Program-made: the position numbers and the translations under genes
Shown: positions 37,610-47,789 of the stretch, in pieces
How the letters are laid out: the number at the start of each line of letters is the position of its first letter
Numbering within the stretch: position 1 is the stretch's first letter
The notes under the pieces: generated by a model
Databases searched by the model: none
Told to the model about the DNA's origin: nothing
The model's input: only the letters and a program-made list of their open reading frames with translations
DNA from: a bacterium
GTDB taxonomy: Bacteria > SAR324 > NAC60-12
DNA length: 64,000 nucleotides
Assembly (NCBI GenBank): GCA_965209155.1
Contig: OZ242383.1
Span: 2,016,001 to 2,080,000 of the forward strand
Direction: 5' to 3'

Positions 37610-39640
37610 CTATTCTTCTCTGTATGAGCGTATTTTTGCAATCAACTGTTGTAATTTGCTAACCGACTCGGACGCTTCGATGAATTTAGAGTAAGCTGAG
37701 AAAGCATTGTCAATTAGTTCATCGTAAGTGATGACTTTGATAGAATATACTCTCAAAGACTCCTCATCTCGCTTTCTGGTATCCAAATTTTTCCATCCCC
37801 GAGGTAATTTGCCAACAATGCAAATGGATTCAATAGGATACTGACTCTCCCTAGCATTCTTTTTTAACTCGTCTTCGAGCGCATCGATGTATTGCCGCAC
37901 TTGTGATTCGATTTCAGTTTTACTTAATATCCTTGAATATCTTTTCAATTCAATAATGACATGCGCAGCTGCGACTCTACGATACCTGATATCGAGTCTG
38001 ACGGTATCCTTCTTTGAGGCAACACCATCTACTACTGCTTGAAGACGTTCTTCCATATGGACATAACGGGTTGCACGGTCCCATGCGGGATCAAGAAGCC
38101 ACAAGTGATCAAAAATATACTTTTGTAATACCTTCTCTAAAGCGTTTTCCTCAATTTTACCACGGAATTGACTGATGACTTCGAGTCTCTCTTGAACTAT
38201 CTCGTGATAAAGCGCAGCCTCAATAGCATCGACATCAGATAGATAGCTAAGAAATTCTTCTACGTTGGACGCATTGATGGTTTCCAATTTTTCCAGAGCG
38301 CGGTTCATTTTTAGCGTTTCAAAGGCCAGGATTCCATTAGCGTATAGATCATGTTTATGCGTCTCATCAACGCCTGCTTGATCAATAACGGCAAATATTT
38401 TCTTCGCTGATTCTTGCAAGTGGCGAGGTCGCAATTCATCATACCACTCCTTAACATAGGGGTTTGATGACAGGGCCATATCCAACCCTTTCTTTTCCTT
38501 GAGCTTGTTGGTTTCCGTCCAAATGTACCGGAGTTCTCTTCCTAAGAAATTCTTGACTGCGAGATAACGCGGGTCGTCCTCGGAAATCCTTTGGCGGCTG
38601 GAAGTGGCGATGTCTTGCTCATCGTCGTCGTCGAGGAAGTCGGCTTGAATTTCACCATAGATGTATTTGGTGATCATTCCACCGAGACGATATTCCTGTA
38701 GAATGTCCTCTTGAGCCACTTTTCCCCGCACGACAATCGTGATTTTGTTCAGATTATCGTCTTGTTCGTTGCCGCCCTGCTTCCTGTCGTCTAGATCGTT
38801 GGAGCGACGGGCGATGGCAATCCAACCACTGATCTCGTATTTGCCCTCCCCGGAGGCGTTGCCCTCTGAATCAAAGCGATTGTTTCGGGTATAGAACAAC
38901 TTTTCGCCATTGTCTTTGTCCAAATTATTACAGTATCGGGCATAATCGTAATCCCCGTATTGGAAAAGGAATCGCGCTTTGTGAAAATAATCTCGATCCG
39001 CAAAAGTTATCTCTCCGTCATTAACAAAGACTTGAAAATCCGCTGGATCGCCGATAATACTGAATCTCCGGGCAATTCTTTTTTTGAGGCCCTTTATTGA
39101 AGCTCGCGTCAGTCGTAGTTTCTTCAAATCCGTAATTTTAATTACGGTCCCCTGTGATGGAATATCCACATCGAAGGGGATGGGTTCCGGATCATATTGT
39201 TGTGGAGTAGATGGATCTTCGCTTTGTATCGCTTCCTTGATTTTTTCGGAGTCCATTAAAAATGATTCTTTCCCACTACTTTCTTTACGGCTATAGACAG
39301 AGATTTTGTTTGCGATGGAGAACAAAGAGAGTTTCCCAATGCCTTTTCTACCCATCGGTTTTCTACCGCCGGGCGTGCGGAAGTCGGGCTTGTTCCTTTT
39401 CTGGTATCCGACAAGTAGATACTTGTCATTGATGTCAGTCCGATCCATTCCATGACCATTATCGGAAACCGTAATCGTTTTTCCCTCAACGTTGAAATCA
39501 ATCTTGACCTCAGTCGCATCGGCGTCCCAAGCGTTGGCAATCACTTCCGCGATCACTGCCGGGGTATTGCTATACAGGTTGAGTCCCAGGTGGTTGAGTA
39601 CATTCAAACTGATGGTCATTCTATACTTGCTAGCGGACAT
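37610..39640 (-). CDS. GHKL (MORC/MutL-like) ATPase with C-terminal PD-(D/E)xK-like nuclease
   Basis: EVIANAWDADA, DNGHGM, GRKGIGK, GT; RLDI...IIELKR; ATG at 39640 overlaps the methyltransferase stop. Confidence 0.85.
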   Translation of the reverse strand: MSASKYRMTISLNVLNHLGLNLYSNTPAVIAEVIANAWDADATEVKIDFNVEGKTITVSDNGHGMDRTDINDKYLLVGYQKRNKPDFRTPGGRKPMGRKGIGKLSLFSIANKISVYSRKESSGKESFLMDSEKIKEAIQSEDPSTPQQYDPEPIPFDVDIPSQGTVIKITDLKKLRLTRASIKGLKKRIARRFSIIGDPADFQVFVNDGEITFADRDYFHKARFLFQYGDYDYARYCNNLDKDNGEKLFYTRNNRFDSEGNASGEGKYEISGWIAIARRSNDLDDRKQGGNEQDDNLNKITIVVRGKVAQEDILQEYRLGGMITKYIYGEIQADFLDDDDEQDIATSSRQRISEDDPRYLAVKNFLGRELRYIWTETNKLKEKKGLDMALSSNPYVKEWYDELRPRHLQESAKKIFAVIDQAGVDETHKHDLYANGILAFETLKMNRALEKLETINASNVEEFLSYLSDVDAIEAALYHEIVQERLEVISQFRGKIEENALEKVLQKYIFDHLWLLDPAWDRATRYVHMEERLQAVVDGVASKKDTVRLDIRYRRVAAAHVIIELKRYSRILSKTEIESQVRQYIDALEDELKKNARESQYPIESICIVGKLPRGWKNLDTRKRDEESLRVYSIKVITYDELIDNAFSAYSKFIEASESVSKLQQLIAKIRSYREE

Positions 39641-40673
39641 TCGCTCCCTTGATGATGGATTGACCAATCGCTTCAGCGAGTTTGACCGGCACCGCGTTGC
39701 CAATTTGCCGTGCCATTTTGCAAATGATGAGTGGTTTGCCTTGCTCGGTGAGTTTATACTTGCGGGGAAAAGTTTGCAGCAGAGCCGCTTCACGAACGGA
39801 AATTGTCCGATTTTGTTCAGGGTGTCCAAACCGTCCCGTACTGTAGTAGCAAAATTGCGTGGTAATCGTGGGAGCCAAAGCATCCCAGCGCATTCTTCCG
39901 TAGGATGCCGGATAATATGCCTTCCGGTGACATTCATTGATGATGTCCTTATCCCAATCCTTCCAGCTTCCACCTGGTTTTGACTGGAGAATCCGTTGGC
40001 GATTTAGAGGGGATAATGAAAGCGTAGCGTGAGCCGGATCAACCGGCGAAATCTGTCCGTCCCTAAGATTTGGTAAATTTTGGATGAAGTCAGCGACGAT
40101 TGTCTTCTCCCTTGTCGGATTCGGAAGAGAGATCTCACCCAATCTGGATGCCACCAGCACCAGACGTTTCCTGTTTTGTGGAACGCCGTAATCCGCGCAT
40201 GATAAAATATCATAATCACACTTGTAACCCAGGTCATTCAACACGGCCAGCATCTGATTAAATATCTTGTACTTGGCGAGATCCGGAACATTCTCCATCG
40301 AGATCAGGTCGGGAGTTCCTTCTTGAACAAGGCTGGCGAATTTACCGACCAACGAGTAGTTTTCCGCTTCGGAATATGGCGTCTTCCGGGTATGAGCCGA
40401 AAAGGGCTGGCAAGGGGCGCAACCGACCATCACCGTGATATCCGCGCTTTTAAAATATGGTTCAATATCCCTGAATCGAAGGTTATGAACATCGATTGCC
40501 ACAAATTCGGACTGAGGGTTGTTCGTCTCGTACGCATAACGGCAAGACGGGTCCACGTCAAAACCCGCCTTGACATCTATGCCAGATAAACCGAGTCCAT
40601 GAGTCAATCCGCCGATCCCGCAAAAGAGATCTACCGCGTGAACTTTCCGCAATCCATTATTTTTTACATTCAA
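39630..40673 (-). CDS. dcm: DNA cytosine-5 methyltransferase
   Basis: DLFCGIGG, PCQPFS, ENV, QNRKR, QIGNAVP. Confidence 0.95.
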   Translation of the reverse strand: MNVKNNGLRKVHAVDLFCGIGGLTHGLGLSGIDVKAGFDVDPSCRYAYETNNPQSEFVAIDVHNLRFRDIEPYFKSADITVMVGCAPCQPFSAHTRKTPYSEAENYSLVGKFASLVQEGTPDLISMENVPDLAKYKIFNQMLAVLNDLGYKCDYDILSCADYGVPQNRKRLVLVASRLGEISLPNPTREKTIVADFIQNLPNLRDGQISPVDPAHATLSLSPLNRQRILQSKPGGSWKDWDKDIINECHRKAYYPASYGRMRWDALAPTITTQFCYYSTGRFGHPEQNRTISVREAALLQTFPRKYKLTEQGKPLIICKMARQIGNAVPVKLAEAIGQSIIKGANVR

Positions 40674-40730
40674 TTCTTTCCTTTACCAATAGACTACCCA
40701 GGCCACTGCTTACGCCAATTTACGCTATCT

Positions 40731-40950
40731 TACCTGAGTTCGACATAAATCTTCAATAATACGAGTATCCTGGTGTCTACGTCATCCTCTCTAAACTTGT
40801 CCCTGCGAAAACAGGGACCGACGATCCAGATTTCTGTATGGCTGCATACCTCTGGATTCCTGCTTTCGCAGGAATGACAAGGCTTCTCTAAGATATAGAA
40901 GATTCCATAACACATTGAATTTATTAAATGCTAATCTCGAACCCAAGTTA
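40731..40950. mobile_element. MITE with REP-like core
   Basis: Imperfect TIR tacctgagttcga / tcgaacccaagtta; internal ggattcctgctttcgcaggaatgac. Confidence 0.7.
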
Positions 40951-41346
40951 TCTACAAAGTCGCCTAACAAGTCCTGGGGCTACTGTTCCGCATCATTTGA
41001 CTTTCAGATCAGCATTTGGGAATTTTATGTCATTTGTCGCTGACGTTAAGACTAGCTGATCACTAAAGAAGCGAGACCCGATTTTATTGTATTGTATCAT
41101 GGATTCGCAAAGCCAGTCATCATATTGAAATGCGCTTGGTTTCTCTTCCTTTGAGATTTTTCTATCTTTTTTGATTCATTCAGACAACTGTTTTCTATTT
41201 CGGTTGTGGCTTCAGTACATAGCGCGCTTCTCGAAGAGCAATACCGTGTCTGGAGAATCACGGCGTTTCCTTCCTCGTGAGTGGGTCAGGTAACGTCATT
41301 CGACTGACCCGGTTATAGAATTCATGGATTTTAAAAGTGAGTTGAA

Positions 41347-41739
41347 ATGGCGACGCGACCACACATGCGGAAGGTTAGATCAAGGGAAACGAAGCCGGAA
41401 CGCGTACTGAGAAAGCTAATTTGGTCGATGGGGTATCGAGGATACAGGAAGAATTGCGGGAATTTGCCTGGAAGGCCTGATGTGGTTTTTACCCGCCGCA
41501 AGCTCGCCATTTTTCTTCATGGGTGTTTTTGGCATGGACATTCCTGCAAGGCCGGTAGGAACGTTCCACGAACCAATACCTCGTATTGGATACCGAAATT
41601 ACGAAGGAATAAAGAAAGAGATCGTGATGACCTCAAAAAATTGAAATCGGAGCATTGGCGGGTTATGGTGGTTTGGGAGTGTGAATTGGGCGAGCTGGCG
41701 AAAGTTGAGTCCAGACTGTCAAAATTTTTACGTGAATAG
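41347..41739 (+). CDS. vsr: Very short patch repair endonuclease
   Basis: TKPE, LPGRPD, FLHGCFWHGH, VVWECE. Confidence 0.93.
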   Translation: MATRPHMRKVRSRETKPERVLRKLIWSMGYRGYRKNCGNLPGRPDVVFTRRKLAIFLHGCFWHGHSCKAGRNVPRTNTSYWIPKLRRNKERDRDDLKKLKSEHWRVMVVWECELGELAKVESRLSKFLRE

Positions 41740-41817
41740 TATACGGTCTTCCCTTCTTTCTGATAGTGGGAGCATCAAGGCAAGGATAATAAGGAAGAAG
41801 ATTCTCTGACAAACGTA

Positions 41818-42390
41818 TTACTGACGGACTGGTCCTTGCCAACCATCCGAGCATTTACCACGCCAGTTTTTTCCAAAAGGACGTCTTCCGATATTGGGGT
41901 ACGGCGACTTTTTCCTTCTCAGGTAAGCCCGGTGAATCCACTCACGAATGCGTGCCGTTCGATCGGTCCAGTTATAGACGCGCGCGTAGGGGTCTTTTTC
42001 TCCACAGTTATCCGCAAGCCTCGGTGGCATTAGATGAGGATCATAGGATTCTTTTTCAAAATCAGGATGTTCAGGCAGCCAGATACCGAGTAAGCCGCAT
42101 CTGGGGTTCTTTTTCGTCTCTCTCAAACTGGCGCCTATCTCCCAATCCACGTGCTTCCGTTTCCAGGTACAGCAGCCAATCAGCACAATCGTTACGGTTG
42201 CATCAGAAATATAGTCCTCGCGAATTCTCTGCAGAATCGCCTCTCCGTTGAGATTTTCGACGTCCCCTGTACCGACCGATTTGTTAACCATTTCCTCACC
42301 TATCATTTTGACGAATCGATCTTTGTATTTTTGATCCTGCTCGTGGTGAAAGCTGACGAATACTTTGTGTCTTGGGATTTGCCGCATCAT
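41818..42390 (-). CDS. Second ThsB-like TIR-domain protein
   Basis: HKVFVSFHH, VTIVLIG..TWKRKHVDWEI, PPRLADN. Confidence 0.88.
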   Translation of the reverse strand: MMRQIPRHKVFVSFHHEQDQKYKDRFVKMIGEEMVNKSVGTGDVENLNGEAILQRIREDYISDATVTIVLIGCCTWKRKHVDWEIGASLRETKKNPRCGLLGIWLPEHPDFEKESYDPHLMPPRLADNCGEKDPYARVYNWTDRTARIREWIHRAYLRRKKSPYPNIGRRPFGKNWRGKCSDGWQGPVRQ

Positions 42391-42394
42391 CGTT

Positions 42395-42573
42395 CTCCCC
42401 CACCTTTTTCAAGATCGGTCAAGTCTTCCACGCCCGCAATCTCCGCCAGCATGCGATTGTAGTTGCGTAAATCCTCTTGCAGGAATTCCAGTTCTTCACG
42501 AAATTCCTTGCGTTTGCGCTCCTCCCGGAAAGCGCCTGACAGACTCTCTTTGTGCCATTTGGCGGTGAAGGGA
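42395..42573 (-). pseudogene. 3' remnant of a paralog of the 37039-37521 gene
   Basis: Nucleotide near-copy of about 37061-37223 with an extra base; 5' part replaced by a MITE. Confidence 0.85.
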
Positions 42574-42576
42574 CAA

Positions 42577-42663
42577 GCTTCGCAGGAATGACAAGGATTC
42601 TTTAAGATATGCGGATCCCATTACTTATTGAATTGATTAAATTCTTATCTCGAACTCGGATTA
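42577..42663. mobile_element. Right half of a MITE related to 40731-40950
   Basis: ttcgcaggaatgacaagg..aagatat..attgaatt.attaaat..atctcgaac. Confidence 0.7.
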
Positions 42664-42853
42664 TTATATGCTGAGTTTAAAAAGACGATTCGTTTATCGT
42701 CTTTGGCTTATACGCTTTTATTGAGAATATCCGTATTGGTTATGTATTTTCTCTCGACCATGCTCAACAATTCCAATGCAACCAATTCCTGTAAATCCTT
42801 CAGCAAAGCGCAATCGGAGCGGGAATTGCCAGCCAGCCGTGCGCAAGTCCAAT

Positions 42854-44833
42854 TCATTCATCGCCCGATGACGATTCACGACCGATGATCTCGCTCAGCA
42901 ACCCCTCGGTCTCCTGTTCCAATGCCAGGATGTCCGCTTTGATCTCTTCCAGCGTCCGAAGGGGTTCGGGTTTATAAAAGTAACGAGTGAAGCTGATTTC
43001 GTAGCCGATCTTGACGCTGCCGGGAACGTACCAGACATCCGGCGCGTAGGGCAGGACCTCGCGACGCAGGAAGCCCTCGATGCCCTCTTCTTCCAGGAGG
43101 GGAACCTGCTCGCTGTCACGCAGGTCGGGATCGGGTTCATACTCGACCACGGTGGTCCGGCCATCGATGGGGATCTCGAACAAACCACGCAGGGGCGCAG
43201 GCGCCGTGCCCCTCTTATGAATCCTCCTGATGACCGGCGGGGCGGTTTCCAAGCTCCGGTTTTCCTCTTTGAGCGTTTTGATCTCGCGGGTATTGTAGGC
43301 GCGATCCGCATCGATGCCTTCAAGACGTAAAGGTCGCTCAATGGTGACTTTCCAATAACCAAAGGACTCGTTCCGGAAAATTCTCGACCGCTTGGACTCT
43401 TCGAATGCGAGAAACGCATCGCAGATACGACGCATATCTTCATCAGAAAACTCGCAGTTCTTTTTGCCCAGGTTCTTGCGCAAAGGATTGAACCAGTGGG
43501 TTGCGTCGATGAGTTGGACCTTACCTTGGCGTTGGGCAGGTTTCCGGTTGCTGAGTATCCAGATGTAGGTGGCGATGCCCGTGTTGTAAAACATGTTGAG
43601 AGGCAGGGCGACGATGGCTTCCAACCAGTCGTTCTCGATGATCCAGCGGCGGATGTTGCTTTCTCCCTGACCGGCATCCCCGGTGAACAGGGAGGAGCCA
43701 TTGTGGACCTCAGCGATCCTGCTGCCTAGGGGAGATTCCTGTTTCATCTTGCTCAACATGTTGGCAAGGAACATCATCTGTCCGTCGCTGGAGCGGGTGA
43801 CCAAACTGAATTCGGGATTACCGGGATGATCGATGAGGAAACGGTGGTCTGACATCTCTTTTTTGCCTCCCATCCGCTCGAGATCCGTCTTCCATGACTT
43901 CCCGTAGGGGGGATTGGAAAGCATGAAGTCGAACTCACGAGCAGGGAAGGCGTCTGCGGAGAGAGTTGAACCGAATTTCATGTTCTCCGCTTCGTTTCCC
44001 TCTCCCTTGAGGATGAGATCCGCTTTGCTGATTGCGAAGGTTTCGGGATTGATCTCCTGTCCGTAGAGATGTACGGAAGTTTCCTTCCCGTGCTCCTTTG
44101 CCAGTCTGACCAAGGTTTCTTCGGCGACGGTCAGCATGCCGCCGGTGCCACAAGCGCCGTCATAGACGAGATAGGTGCCGGAGCGAATTTGTTCCACGAT
44201 GGGTAAGAAAATCAGGTGGGCCATCAACTCCACCACGTCACGAGGCGTGAAGTGCTCACCGGCTTCTTCATTGTTCTCCTCGTTGAAACGGCGGATCAAT
44301 TCCTCGAAAATCGTCCCCATCGAGTGGTTGTCCAGACCGGGAAGACGAACGGATCCATCCGGAAAAAAGACGGGTTTGGGACTGAGATTGATGGAACTGT
44401 CAAGAAATTTTTCGATGAGGAAGCCGAAAACGTCGGCTTCGATGAGGGTAGGGATCTGATTATGGAACTTGAACTTGTCCAGGACCTCCTGGAGGTTTGG
44501 CGAGAAGCCGTCCAGGTAGGCCTCGAAATCGGCTTTGAGTTGCTGCCTCCTGGTCCGGCTGGCCAGGTCGCGCAGGCAAAACGACGAAGTGTTGTAAAAA
44601 GCCTCCCCGGCTGCCCGGCATAGCGCTGCGTGTTGATTGGTGATTCCTGCCGCGTCGAGGCGCGCTTTCATGTCGAGCACCGCGGCTTTCGTCGGTTCGA
44701 GCACCGCGTCCAGACGGCGAATGACCGTCATGGGTAAGATGACGTCCCGGTATTTGCCTCGTACGTAGACGTCCCGCAGCACATCGTCTGCGATGTTCCA
44801 GATGAAGTTGCTGATGTTTAAGTTGCTCACCAC
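42854..44833 (-). CDS. hsdM: Type I R-M methyltransferase subunit
   Basis: GEHFTPRDV, YDGACGTGG, SNPPYG, MFYNTGIATYIW. Confidence 0.97.
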   Translation of the reverse strand: MVSNLNISNFIWNIADDVLRDVYVRGKYRDVILPMTVIRRLDAVLEPTKAAVLDMKARLDAAGITNQHAALCRAAGEAFYNTSSFCLRDLASRTRRQQLKADFEAYLDGFSPNLQEVLDKFKFHNQIPTLIEADVFGFLIEKFLDSSINLSPKPVFFPDGSVRLPGLDNHSMGTIFEELIRRFNEENNEEAGEHFTPRDVVELMAHLIFLPIVEQIRSGTYLVYDGACGTGGMLTVAEETLVRLAKEHGKETSVHLYGQEINPETFAISKADLILKGEGNEAENMKFGSTLSADAFPAREFDFMLSNPPYGKSWKTDLERMGGKKEMSDHRFLIDHPGNPEFSLVTRSSDGQMMFLANMLSKMKQESPLGSRIAEVHNGSSLFTGDAGQGESNIRRWIIENDWLEAIVALPLNMFYNTGIATYIWILSNRKPAQRQGKVQLIDATHWFNPLRKNLGKKNCEFSDEDMRRICDAFLAFEESKRSRIFRNESFGYWKVTIERPLRLEGIDADRAYNTREIKTLKEENRSLETAPPVIRRIHKRGTAPAPLRGLFEIPIDGRTTVVEYEPDPDLRDSEQVPLLEEEGIEGFLRREVLPYAPDVWYVPGSVKIGYEISFTRYFYKPEPLRTLEEIKADILALEQETEGLLSEIIGRESSSGDE

Positions 44834-44866
44834 CCTATGCTCATTCGATCCACCACCAGTTTGCCA

Positions 44867-45643
44867 TCAGTTTGCGAAGGGGGGTGTTGCGGAGTCGACC
44901 CGCCTGACCTCTCCGTCTTCCCTGACAATAAAATAATAAAATTCCTTGTGTATGCATCCTGAAGGGCAATCTCCCCAAGCATCGCGAAATACGAAATACC
45001 AATCCTCATCCACCTTCGATGCTTCAATGTCGGGACCGTCCAACAGGTATGCATCGGGTTCGACATATAGAATTCCCTCGAGCATCGAATAGGTCTCGAT
45101 GGCTGCCGGAACGTTCAACCCTTCACGAAAACAAACGATGACGGCCCCGATCGAATCGAATGTCTCTATGCCTTGTAGTCCGAGTTTTGAATTCAGGGTA
45201 TCGAATTCCTCGTTACCCGTAACCAAGGTCCCGCTTTTGTCTGGAGCGGACAACCTATCGTTTATGACCTCAATCAAGGAAGGTTCCAACTGGAGGAGGA
45301 GCCTGGCCGGAGGATACGATTCCCGCGCATGAACGCCTGAGACCTCCGGATACTCCTGGCGAATCAAGCGTAGCATTTGGTCGATTTTCTCCGCCATGAC
45401 ATCTCTCTGCCGGATATCGTACAACAACTCCTTACTACCACGTTGGATAATTCTGTCGGCAAGTATTAAAGCATCGGGCCGGTCGAAGGTCGGACGCGGG
45501 CAGGGTTCCTGCTCGACTAACTCCGTTTCACGAGCACTGCTTCGAGATTCCGGACTATCAGAACTGGCTGTTTCTTCCGCAATGAGGTGCGAGGACGCAA
45601 TCACGAAGATGAGCAATATGCTTGAAAAAGCGACATGGAACAT
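44867..45643 (-). CDS. Exported hypothetical protein with WGDCPSGC motif
   Basis: Signal peptide, acidic body, C-terminal AWGDCPSGCIH. Confidence 0.7.
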   Translation of the reverse strand: MFHVAFSSILLIFVIASSHLIAEETASSDSPESRSSARETELVEQEPCPRPTFDRPDALILADRIIQRGSKELLYDIRQRDVMAEKIDQMLRLIRQEYPEVSGVHARESYPPARLLLQLEPSLIEVINDRLSAPDKSGTLVTGNEEFDTLNSKLGLQGIETFDSIGAVIVCFREGLNVPAAIETYSMLEGILYVEPDAYLLDGPDIEASKVDEDWYFVFRDAWGDCPSGCIHKEFYYFIVREDGEVRRVDSATPPFAN

Positions 45644-45941
45644 TCGAAAACCGGCACAGATAGTTGTGATATGACGTGCTCAGAACAAAAGCATTGAACA
45701 AGTCGGCGTTGATTCAAGTTATTCCTCATCCGACAACTTCGTAGTTGCTGCGTACGTTTTGAATACGGGAAGCAACATAGTAACACAATCGGAGCATGAT
45801 AAGAAATGAGAACATTTAAACGTGGAAATTCTCGTCCGGTCACCAGCTTCATCCTGGTATTGAATTGACATTTAAACATTCATGTATCATCTTTATTGAT
45901 TATCATCGTGATTCTTTTTTCGACAAAAATGAAAAAATGCT

Positions 45942-46760
45942 ATGGGAAAGCTTATCATTGGCAACTGGAAAATGAATGGCAACGAAGCGCTCATCGACGT
46001 CATGGTAAAGACCATCTCAAGAAGGTTAAAAATGGTCAAAACAGGTAAATCCGGTCCACATTCCCCGTCGACTTCGTTCCAACCGTCCATACCCCGGGTT
46101 GTCGTATGCCCCCCTTTTCCATATCTCCGCAGGTTAAAGGAGTATTGCGCCGGAGCACCAGCGGGAGAAGCAGAAATAGGCATTGGGGCTCAAAACGTAC
46201 ACGCTCATCTCGCAGGCGCATTCACTGGGGAAATTTCAGCGGGAATGCTCAAGGAATATGACGTATCATTTTGCATTGTCGGACACTCGGAGCGACGATC
46301 TTATTTTGATGAAAGCGACGATCTCATCCAGCAGAAAGCCAAGATATTGTTGAAACATGACATCCGTCCGGTGATTTGCGTCGGAGAAAGTTGGCAGCAA
46401 CGCGAAAAAGGAACGCATGAAAAAACGGTCATCGGACAAATAGAACGAATTTTCAATGAGATACCTGCCACTGACTTAAGCCGGTGTATAGTGGCCTATG
46501 AACCCTTATGGGCGATTGGTACCGGCAAGACGGCGTCGGCCGAACAAGCGAATGAGATGCACATGGTGATTCGAAGAAAATTGTTGGAATTGACAACCGG
46601 AGAAACCGCCGCATCGATTCCTCTTCTTTATGGCGGAAGCGTGAATGCAAAAAATTCAAGCATGCTGCTGAAACAACCTGAAATCGATGGCTGTCTGGTT
46701 GGAGGGGCAAGTCTCGAACCGCAAGGATTTGACCAAATCATTCGATCATCTCCAGGATAA
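45942..46760 (+). CDS. tpiA: Triosephosphate isomerase
   Basis: GNWKM, GHSERR, AYEPLWAIGTG, YGGSV, LVGGAS. Confidence 0.98.
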   Translation: MGKLIIGNWKMNGNEALIDVMVKTISRRLKMVKTGKSGPHSPSTSFQPSIPRVVVCPPFPYLRRLKEYCAGAPAGEAEIGIGAQNVHAHLAGAFTGEISAGMLKEYDVSFCIVGHSERRSYFDESDDLIQQKAKILLKHDIRPVICVGESWQQREKGTHEKTVIGQIERIFNEIPATDLSRCIVAYEPLWAIGTGKTASAEQANEMHMVIRRKLLELTTGETAASIPLLYGGSVNAKNSSMLLKQPEIDGCLVGGASLEPQGFDQIIRSSPG

Positions 46761-46790
46761 TAAATTCAGTAAACATACAAGGAAACTATT

Positions 46791-47147
46791 ATGATATTTG
46801 GATTACTCATTTTTTTTCAGGTCGTCGTGGCCTTAGCCCTGGTATTCATTGTATTGCTGCAAGGAGGCCGGGGCGCTGAACTCGGTGCTGCGTTTGGAAG
46901 TGTCGGTCAGGCCAATACGGTGCGCGGAAGCATGTCGGGAATCAGCAAAGTGACAGCGGTTCTGGGCGCGATTTTTATGTTGCTTTCGCTCACCCTGGCC
47001 TATTTATCGTCTGAAAAAGCTGCTGATTCGGTCGTCCGAGACATTCAAGCTCCCACGGTGATTTCGGAACCTGCTGAAGAGCAGGAAGCCGAGAATCCTT
47101 TACCAAGCAACGAGCTGGAGCAAACCGACGCGCCACCTGAAAATTGA
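46791..47147 (+). CDS. secG: Preprotein translocase subunit SecG
   Basis: VLLQGGRGAELGAAFG, two TM helices, follows tpiA. Confidence 0.95.
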   Translation: MIFGLLIFFQVVVALALVFIVLLQGGRGAELGAAFGSVGQANTVRGSMSGISKVTAVLGAIFMLLSLTLAYLSSEKAADSVVRDIQAPTVISEPAEEQEAENPLPSNELEQTDAPPEN

Positions 47148-47198
47148 GAACCTGAAAACCGAAGTCATTCATCCCTTCCCTTATGGATCCGGAATGAC

Positions 47199-47750
47199 AT
47201 GAAAACTATTTATGTTTTAAGACATGCTAAATCCTCCTGGCAGGACCTCTCGCTATCCGATCACGAACGGCCACTGGCACCTCGCGGAGAGAAGGCGGCT
47301 CCACTAATGGGACAGGTGCTGACAGCTTTCGATAATCCACCCACGCTGATTCTCACGTCCACTGCTAAACGAGCCCGGAAGACTGCTGAAATGGCTGCCG
47401 ATTCCTTCAGAAAATACGCCTCCCCGAGAAGATATGCGGAGGAGTTGGAGGTGATTGTCAATCCCGCAATTTATAGTGCTTCCACTTCAACCCTGATCAA
47501 AATTCTGAAGGAGCTTCCCCCAAAACATGATGCAGTCGTTATTGTCGGACACAACCCGGTAATGGAAGAGTTCGTCTCATCGCTTTGCTTCAATGTCGAC
47601 CATGGGGGGCTTTTTCTTCCCACTGCAACCCTGGCTCAGGTGGTCGCGGAAATCGACCAATGGGATCAATTACAAAAAGGCGTCGGGATATTGCAGGCCT
47701 TGATTTTTCCGAGACTGGCGAAACGCCTTCTTGATTTGAAAAAGAACTGA
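47199..47750 (+). CDS. sixA: Phosphohistidine phosphatase
   Basis: LRHAKSSW, DHERPL, VGHNP. Confidence 0.9.
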   Translation: MKTIYVLRHAKSSWQDLSLSDHERPLAPRGEKAAPLMGQVLTAFDNPPTLILTSTAKRARKTAEMAADSFRKYASPRRYAEELEVIVNPAIYSASTSTLIKILKELPPKHDAVVIVGHNPVMEEFVSSLCFNVDHGGLFLPTATLAQVVAEIDQWDQLQKGVGILQALIFPRLAKRLLDLKKN

Positions 47751-47789
47751 TTGTTACTCGAATACGGATATATTTGCTCTTACCGGATT

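Noticed and set aside
39641..39973. N-terminal extension of the GHKL ORF in the track
   Set aside because: It overlaps dcm; the ATG at 39640 matches the start of the domain.
36544..42390. Canonical Thoeris system
   Set aside because: TIR genes are present but no SIR2-SLOG or TM-macro ThsA is found in the window.
42895..43701. 268-aa alternative-frame ORF inside hsdM
   Set aside because: Frame shadow of GC-rich coding sequence.
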